From: the human T2T-CHM13v2.0 reference genome, Homo sapiens
DNA length: 64,000 nt
Direction: 5' to 3' (one strand)
NCBI RefSeq assembly: GCF_009914755.1
Contig: NC_060933.1
This document shows, piece by piece, positions 54,851 through 64,000 of this stretch (its first letter is position 1; the number at the start of each line of letters is the position of its first letter). The notes beneath the pieces were generated by a model. That model did not search any database and was not told the DNA's origin. It saw only the letters and a program-made list of their open reading frames with translations. The translations under genes and the position numbers were made by a program.

Positions 54851-57800
54851 CATTCGATTCCATTCGATTGCACTCGGGTTGATTCCATTCCATTGCATTC
54901 CATTCCATTCCATTCCATTCCATTCCATTCCATTCCGTTCCGTTCCATTCCATTCCATTACATTCGGATTGATTCTATTCAATTGCCTTACACTCCATTA
55001 CATTCCATTCCATTCGGGTAGTTTCCATTCCATTCCATTCCATTCCTCTCCATTCCATTGCACTCGGGTTGATTCCATTCCATTGCATTCCATTCCATTC
55101 CATTCAATTCCATTCCTTTCCATTCCATTCCATTACATTCGGATTGATTCTATTCAACTCCCTTACTCTCCATTACATTCCATTCCATTCGGGTTGTTCC
55201 ATTCCATTCCATTCCATTCCACTCCATTCCATTGCACTCGGGTTTATTCCGTTCCATTCCATTCCATTCCATTCCATTCCGTTCCATTCCATTCCTTTCC
55301 GGAAGATTCCATTCCATTGCATTCCATTCCATTCCATTCCCCTGCACTCGCGTTGATTCCATTCCATTCCATTCCATTCCATTCCATTCCATTCCATTCC
55401 ATTCCTTTCTGTTCCATTCCATTCCATTCCATTCCATTCCATTCCGTTCCGTTCCGTTCCATTCCATTCCATTCCATTCTATTCGGGTTAATTCCATTCC
55501 ATTCCATTCGATTGCAATCGAGTTGATTCCATTCCATTCCATTCCATTCCATTCCATTCCATTCCATTCCTTTCCATTCCATTGCGGATGATTCCATTCC
55601 ATTGCATTCCATTCCATTCTATTCCCCTGTACTCGGGTTCATTCCATTCCATTCCATTCCAATCCATGCCATTCCACTCGTGTTGATTCCATTCTTTCCA
55701 TTGCATTCAAGTTGAATGCATTCCATTGCATTCCATTCCATTCCATTCCCCTGCAGTCGGGTTGATTCCATTCCATTCCATTCCATTCCATTCCATTCCA
55801 TTCCATTCCGTTCCGTTCCGTTCCGTTCCATTCCATTCCATTCCATTGTATTCGGGTTAATTCCATTCCATTCCATTCCATTCCAATCGAGTTGATTCCA
55901 TTCCATTCCATTCCATTCCATTCCACTCCATTCCAGTCCTTTCCATTCCATTCCACTCGGGTTGATTCCAATGTATTCCTTTCCATTCCATTCCATTCCA
56001 TTGCAATCGAGTTGATTCCATTGCTTTGCATTCCATTCCATTCCATTCCATTCCGGATGATTCCATTCCATTGCATTCCATTCCATTCCATTCCCCTGCA
56101 ATCGGGTTGATTCCATTCCATTCCACTCCATTCCGTTCCATTCCATTCCATTCCATTGTATTCGGGTTAATTCCATTCCATTCCATTCCATTCCATTAAA
56201 ATCGAGTTGATTCCATTCCATTCCATTCCATTCCATTCCATTCCATACCAGTCCTTTCCATTCCATTCCACTCGGGTTGATTCCATTCTATTAGTTTCCA
56301 TTCCATTCCATTCCCTTCCATTCCACTCTCGTTGATTCCATTCCTTTCCATTCCACTCGAATACATTCCCTCCTATTCCACAAGGAACAATTCCATTCCA
56401 TTCCATTCCATTCCATTCCATTCCATTCCATTCCATTCCATTTCGTTCCATTCCATTCTATTCCGTATAATTCCATTCCATTCCATTCCATTCCATTCCA
56501 TTCCATTCCATTCCATTCCATTCCACTCGTGTTAATTCCATTCCTTTCCATTCCATTCGTTTTGAAGGCATTCCATTCCATTCCATTCCATTCCATTCCA
56601 TTCCTTTCCATTGCATTCCATTGTACTTGGGTTGATTCCATTCCATTGCATTCCATTCCATTCCATTCCATTCCATTCCATTCCATTCCGTTGCATTCCT
56701 TTCCATTACCTTCGGATTGATTCTATTCAACTCCCTTACTCTCCATTACATTCCGTTCCATTCGGGTTGTTCCATTCCATTCCATTCCATTCCACTCCCT
56801 TCCATTGCGCTCGGGTTGATTCCATTCCATTCCATTCCATTCCATTCCATTCCATTCCGGATGATTCCATTCCATTGCATTCCGTTCCATTACATTCCCC
56901 TGCACTTGCGTTGATTCCATTCCTTTCCATTCCATTCCATTCCATTCAATTCCATTCCATTACAATTCGTTCCATTCCATTCTATTCCGTACCATTCCAT
57001 TCCATTCCATACCATTCCATTCCATTCCATTCGGTTCCATACCGTTCCATTCCATTCCATTCCATTCTATTCGGGTTAATTCCATTCCATTCCATTCCAT
57101 TCTATTCCAATCCATTGCAATCGAGTTGAATCCATTGCATTTCATTCCATTCCATTCCATTCCATTCCATTCCTGAAGATTCCATTCCATTGCATTCCAT
57201 TCCATTCTATTCCCCTGCACTCGCGTTGATTCCATTCCATTCCATTCCATTCCATTCCATTCCATTACAATCGAGTTGATTCCATTCCATTCCATTCCAT
57301 TCCAGTCCTTTCCATTCCATTCCACTCGTGTTGATTCCATTCTATTAATTTCCATTCCATTCCATTCCCTTCCATTCCACTCTGGTTGATTCCATTCCTT
57401 TCCATTCCACTCGAATACATTCCCTCCTATTCAACTCGGAACGATTCCATTCCATTCCATTCCATTCCATTCCATTCCATTCCATTCCATTCCATTCCAT
57501 TCCATTTCGTTCCATTCCATTCTATTCCGTATCATTCCATTTCATTCCATTCCATTCCATTCCATTCCATTCCATTCCATTCCATTCCATTCCATTGTAC
57601 TCGGGTTGATTCCATTCCATTGCATTCCATTCCATTCCATTCCATTCCATTCCGTTGCATTCCATTCCATTACATTCGGATTGATTCTATTCAACTCCCT
57701 TACTCTCCATTACATTCCATTCCATTCGGGTTGTTCCATTCCATTCCATTCCATTCCATTCCACTCCATTCCATTGCAGTCGGGTTGATTCCATTCCATT

Positions 57801-60800
57801 CCATTCCATACCATTCCATTCCATTCCATTCCATTCCATTCCTTTCCATTCCATTCTGTTCCATTCCATTCCATTCCATTCTATTCGGGTTAATTCCATT
57901 CCATTCCATTCGTTTCCATTCCATTACGGATGATTCCATTCCATTGCATTCCATTCCATTCCATTCCCCTCTACTCGGGTTGATTCCATTCCATTCCATT
58001 CCATTCCATTCCATTCCATTCCATTCCATTCCATTCTGTTCTGTTCCGTTCCATTCCATTCCATTCTATTCGGGTTAATACCATTCCATTCCATTCCATT
58101 CCATTCCATTCCATTCCAATCGAGTTGATTCCATTCCATTCCATTCCATTCCATTCCATTCCATTCCATTCCTGTCCTTTCCATTCCATTCCACTCGGGT
58201 TGGTTCCAATGTATTCCTTTCCATTCCATTCCATTCCATTGCAATCGAGTTGATTCCATTGCTTTGCTTTCCATTCCATTCCATTCCATTCCGGATGATT
58301 CCATTCCATTGCATTCCATTCCATTCCATTCCCCTGCACTCGGGTTGATTCCATTCCATTCCACTCCATTCCGTTCCATTCCATTCCATTCCATTGTATT
58401 CGGGTTAATTCCATTCCGTTCCATTCCATTCCATTCCATTCCATTCCATTCCATTCCATTACAATCGAGTTGATTCCATTCCATTCCATTCCATTAAATT
58501 CCATTCCATTCCAGTCCTTTCCATTCCATTCCATTCCATTCCATTGTACTCGGGTTGATTCCATTCCATTGCATTCCATTCCATTCCATTCCATTCCATT
58601 CCATTCCATTCCATTCCATTCCGTTGCATTCCATTCCATTACATTCGGATTGATTCTATTCAACTCCCTTACTCTCCATTACATTACATTCCATTCGGGT
58701 TGTTCCATTCCATTCCATTCCATTCCAATCCATTCCATTGCACTCGGGTTGATTCCATTCCATTCCATTCCATTCCATTCCGGATGATTCCATTCCATTG
58801 CATTCCGTTCCATTACATTCCCCTGCACTTGCGTTGATTCCATTCCATTCCATTCCATTCCATTCAATTCCATTCCATTACAATTCGTTCTTTTCCATTC
58901 TATTCCGTACCATTCCATTCCATTCCATACCATTCCATTCCATTCCATTCGGTTCCATTCCGTTCGATTCCATTCCATTCCATTCTATTCGGGTTAATTC
59001 CATTCCATTCCATTCCATTCCATTCCATTCTATTCCATTCCATTGCAATCGAGTTGAATCCATTGCATTTCATTCCATTCCATTCCATTCCATTCCATTC
59101 CGGAAGATTCCATTCCATTGCATTCCATTCCATTCCATTACCCTGCACTCGCTTTGATTCCATTCCATTCCATTCCATTCCATTCCATTCCATTCCATTC
59201 CATTCCATTCCGTTCCGTTCCGTTCCGTTCCATTCCATTCCATTCCTTTCCGTTCCGTTCCGTTCCGTTCCGTTCCGTTCCATTCCATTCCATTCCATTC
59301 TATGCAGGTTAATTCCATTCCATTCCATTCGATTGCAATCGAGTTGATTCCATGCCATTCCATTCCATTCCATTCCATTCCTTTCCATTCCATTACGGAT
59401 GATTCCATTCCATTGCATTCCGTTCCATTCCATTCCCCTGTACTCGGGTTGATTCCATTCCATTCCATTCCAATCCATGCCATTCCACTCGTGTTGATTC
59501 CATTCTTTCCATTCCATTCAAGTTGAATCCATTCCATTGCATTCCATTGCATTCCATTCCCCTGCAGTCGGGTTGATTCCATTCCATTCCATTCCATTCC
59601 ATTCCATTCCATTCCATTCCGTTCCGTTCCATTCCATTCCATTCCATTCTATTCGGGTTAATTCCATTCCATTCCATTCCATTCCATTCCATTCCATTCC
59701 ATTCCAATCGAGTTGATTCCATTCAATTCCATTCCATTCCATTCCAGTCCATTCCAGTCCTTTCCCTTCCATTCCAGTCGGGTTGATTCCAATGTATTCC
59801 TTTCCATTCCATTCCATTCCATTGCAATCTTGTTGTTTCCATTGCTTTGCATTCCATTCCATTCCATTCCATTCCGGACGATTCCATTCCATTGCATTCC
59901 ATTCCATTCTAATCTCCTGCACTCGGGTTTATTCCATTCCATTCCACTCCATTCCGTTCCATTCCATTCCATTCCATTGTATTCGGGTTAATTCCATTCC
60001 ATTCCATTCCTTTCCATTCCATTCCATTCCATTCCATTACAATCGAGTTGATTCCATTCCATTCCATTCCATTCCAGTCCTTTCCATTCCATTCCACTTG
60101 GGTTGATTCCATACTATTAGTTTCCATTCCATTCCATTCCCTTCCATTCCACTCTGGTTGATTCCATTCCTTTCCATTCCACTCGAATATATTCCCTCCT
60201 ATTCCACTCGGAACGATTCCATTCCATTCCATTACAATCCATTCCATTCTATTCCATTCCATTTCGTTACATTCCATTCTATTCCGTATCATTCCATTCC
60301 ATTCCATTCCATTCCATTCCATTCCATTCCATTCCATTCCATTCCATTCCATTGTACTCGGGTTGATTCCATTCCATTGCATTCCAATCCATTCCATTCC
60401 ATTCCATTCCATTCCGTTGCATTCCATTCCATTACATTCGGATTGATTCTATTCAACTCCCTTACTCTCCATTACATTCCATTCCATTCGGATTGTTCCA
60501 TTCGATTCCATTCCATTCCACTCCATTCCATTGCACTCGGGTTGATTCCATTCCATTCCATTCCATTCCATTCCATTCCGGATGATTCCAATCCATTGCA
60601 TTCCGTTCCATTACATTCCCCTGCACTCGCGTTGATTCCATTCCATTCCATTCCATTCCATTCCATTCCATTCAATTCCATTCCATTACAATTCTTTCCA
60701 TTCCATTCTATTCCGTACCATTCCATTCCATTGCATACCATTGCATTCCATTCCATTCCATTCCATTCCATTCCATTCCATTCCGTTCTGTTCCGTTCCA

Positions 60801-63800
60801 TTCCATTCCATTCCATTCTATTCGGGTTAATTCCTTTCCATTCCATTCCATTCCATTCTATTCCATTCCATTGCAATCGAGTTGAATCCATTGCATTTCA
60901 GTCCATTCCATTCCATTCCATTCCATTCCATTCCGGAAGATTCCATTCCATTGCATTCCATTCCATTCCATTCCCCTGCACTCGCGTTGATTCCATTCCA
61001 TTCCATTCCATTCCATTCCATTCCGTTCCGTTCCGTTCCGTTCCATTCCATTCCATTCCATTCCGTTCTGTTCCATTCCATTCCATTCCATTCTATTCGG
61101 GTTAATTCCATTCCATTCCATTCGATTGCAATCGTGTTGATTCCATTTCATTCCATTCCATTCCATTCCATTCCATTCCTTTCCATTCCATTACGGATGA
61201 TTCCATTCCATTGCATTCCATTCCATTCCATTCCCCTGTACTCGGGTTGATTCCATTCCATTCCATTCCAATCCATGACCTTCCACTCGTGTTGATTCCA
61301 TTCTTTCCATTCCATTCAAGTTGAATCCATTCCATTGCATTCCATTCCATTCGATTCCATTTGATTGCACTCCGGTTGATTCCATTCCATTGCATTCCAT
61401 TCCATTCCATTCCATTCCATTCCATTCCATTCCGTTCCATTCCATTCCATTACATTCGGATTGATTCTATTCAATTCCCTTACACTCCATTACATTCCAT
61501 TCCATTCGGGTAGTTTCCATTGCATTCCATTCCATTCCTCTCCATTCCATTGCACTCGGGTTGATTCCATTCCATTGCATTCCATTCCATTCCATTCCAT
61601 TCAATTCCTTTCCGTTCCATTCCATTCCATTACATTCGGATTGATTCTATTCAACTCCCTTAGTCTCCATTACATTCCATTCCATTCGGGTTGTTCCATT
61701 CCATTCCATTCCATTCCACTCCATTCCATTGCACTCGGGTTTATTCCATTCCATTCCATTCCATTCCATTCCATTCCATTCCATTCCGGAAGATTCCATT
61801 CCATTGCATTCCATTCCATTCCATTCCCCTGCACTCGCGTTGATTCCATTCCATTCCATTCCATTCCATTCCTCTCCGTTCCATTCCATTCCATTCCATT
61901 CCATTCCATTCCGTTCCGTTCCATTCCATTCCATTCCATTCTATTCGGGTTAATTCCATTCCATTCCATTCGATTGCAATCGAGTTGATTCCATTCCATT
62001 CCATTCCATTCCATTCCATTCCATTCCATTCCTTTCCCTTCCATTACGGATGATTCCATTCCATTGCATTCCATTCCATTCCATTCCCCTGTACTCGGGT
62101 TGATTCCATTCCATTCCATTCCAATCCATGCCATTCCACTCGTGTTGATTCCATTCTTTCCATTCCATTCAAGTTGAATCCATTCCATTGCATTCCATTC
62201 CATTCCATTCCCCTGCAGTCTGGTTGATTCCATTCCATTCCATTCCATTCCATTCCATTCCATTCCATTCCATTCCGTTCCGTTCCATTCCATTCCATTC
62301 CATTCTATTCGGGTTAATTCCATTCCATTCCATTCCATTCCATTCCATTCCATTCCAATCGAGTTGATTCCATTCCATTCCATTCCATTCCATTCCACTC
62401 CATTCCAGTCCTTTCCATTCCATTCCACTCGGGTTGATTCCAATGTATTCCTTTCCATTCCATTCCATTCCATTGCAATCGAGTTGATTCCATTACTTTG
62501 CATTCCATTCCATTCCATTCCATTCCGGATGATTCCATTCCATTGCATTCCATTCCATTCCATTCCCCTGCACTCGGGTTGATTCCATTCCATTCCACTC
62601 CATTCCGTTCCATTCCATTCCATTCCATTTTATTCGGGTTAATTCCATTCCATTCCATTCCATTCCATTCCATTCCATTCCATTCCATTCCACTACAATC
62701 GAGTTGATTCCATTCCATTCCATTCCATTCCAGTCCTTTCCATTCCATTCCACTCGGGTTGATTCCATTCTATTAGTTTCCATTCCATTCCATTCCCTTC
62801 CATTCCACTCTGGTTGATTCCATTCCTTTCCATTCCACTCGAATACATTCCCTCGTATTCCACTCGGAACGATTCCATTCCATTCCATTCCATTCCATTC
62901 CATTCCATTCCATTCCATTCCATTTCGTTCCATTCCATTCTATTCCGTATCATTCCATTCCATTCCATTCCATTCCATTCCATTCCATTCCATTCCATTC
63001 CATTCCATTGTACTCGGGTTGATTCCATTCCATTGCATTCCATTCCATTCCATTCCGTTGCATTCCATTCCATTACATTCGGATTGATTCTATTCAACTC
63101 CCTTACTCTCCATTACATTCCATTCCATTCGGGTTGTTCCATTCCATTCCATTCCATTCCACTCCATTCCATTGCACTCGGGTTGATTCCATTCCATTCC
63201 ATTCCGGATGATTCGATTCCATTGCATTCCGTTCCATTACATTCCCCTGCACTCGCGTTGATTCCATTCCATTCCATTCCATTCAATTAAATTCCATTAC
63301 AATTCGTTCCATTCCATTCTATTCCGTACCACTCCATTCCATTCCATACCATTCCATTCCATTCCATTCCATTCCATTCCGTTCCATTCCGTTCCATTCC
63401 ATTCCATTCCACTCTATTCGGATTAATTCCATTCCATTCCATTCCATTCGATTCTATTCCATTCCATTGCAATCGAGTTGAATCCATTGCATTTCATTCC
63501 ATTCCATTCCATTCCATTCCATTCCGGAAGATTCCATTCCATTGCATTCCATTCCATTCCATTCCCCTGCACTCGCGTTGATTCCATTCCATTCCATTCC
63601 ATTCCATTCCATTCCATTCCGTTCCGTTCCGTTCCATTCCATTCCATTCCATTCCATTCCATTCCATTCCGTTCCGTTCCATTCCATTCCATTCCATTCT
63701 ATTCGGGTTAATTCCTTTCCATTCCATTCGATTGCAATCGAGTTGATTCCATTCCATTCCATACCATTCCTTTCCATTCAATTCCGGAAGATTCCATTCC

Positions 63801-64000
63801 ATTGCATTCCATTCCATTCCATTCCCCTTCACTCGCGTTGATTCCATTCCATTCCATTCCATTCCATTCCATTCCATTCCGTTCCATTCCATTCCATTCC
63901 TTTTCGTTCCATTCCATTCCATTCCGTTCCGTTCCATTCCATTCCATTCCATTCTATTCGGGTTAATTCAATTCCATTCCATTCCATTGCAATCGAGTTG

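Larger units (their letters stand above)
8761..64000 (-). repeat. Human Satellite III (HSat3, B-type) array in opposite orientation, (ATTCC)n on +
   Basis: Continuous CATTC pentamers carrying the reverse complements of the same words (ACTCGGGTTG, AATCGAGTTG, ATTCGGGTTA, CCGGATGATT) through to the window end. No second polarity switch seen. Confidence 0.96.

Noticed and set aside
52-63952. Hundreds of overlapping ORFs, up to 360 aa (15790..16872) and 337 aa (33602..34615)
   Set aside because: (GGAAT)3 translates to GMEWN and its complement to IPFHS with no stop codons, so long ORFs are expected in all six frames. There is no domain content, and ORF boundaries simply track stop-containing variant words.
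1-64000. Repeat/spacer alternation resembling a CRISPR array
   Set aside because: The interrupting words are a small recurring vocabulary rather than unique spacers, run lengths vary, and no cas genes or leader are present.
1-64000. Alpha satellite, CENP-B boxes, HSat2, telomeric arrays, Alu or L1
   Set aside because: No 171-bp monomers, no TTCG-N4-A-N2-CGGG box context, no CATTCGATTC-dominated 23/26-bp units, no TTAGGG tandem runs, and no non-satellite stretch were seen.
1-64000. Assignment to a specific chromosome or subfamily (e.g. chr9 HSat3B5)
   Set aside because: It is compatible with B-type words and an internal inversion, but needs subfamily-specific k-mer matching or alignment. A great-ape origin is also not excluded.
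1-64000. Dense TEAD (CATTCC) motifs and GGA-mismatch hairpin potential of (GGAAT)n
   Set aside because: Both are generic, already described properties of any HSat3 array, with nothing specific to this window.

Overview
The whole 64 kb is pentameric (GGAAT/ATTCC)n satellite interrupted by recurrent short variant words, dominated by CAACCCGA(G/A)T. This is the hallmark of primate Human Satellite III (HSat3, B-type), i.e. pericentromeric heterochromatin. I see no credible genes, RNA genes, transposon insertions, alpha satellite or CRISPR arrays; every ORF in the track is a translation of the pentamer (GMEWN / IPFHS). The information lies in the architecture. (1) There is one strand-polarity switch at ~8760, built on a 5-bp microhomology, which creates a 28-bp near-perfect palindrome. 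(2) A near-identical ~7.4-kb block is duplicated at 8.53-kb offset, apparently inserted into an older unit, with a short templated patch at its junction. (3) Nested duplications run from 80 bp to ~6.5 kb, including ABAB dimeric higher-order units. (4) About 30 perfect three-unit heat-shock elements are embedded in the satellite; they are absent from one 13-kb sub-domain, which instead repeats a TonEBP/NFAT5-type site. (5) The pentamer register only ever slips in one direction. All counts and coordinates were read by eye. Chromosome and exact subfamily cannot be assigned without alignment. I found no evidence for a novel protein-coding system.
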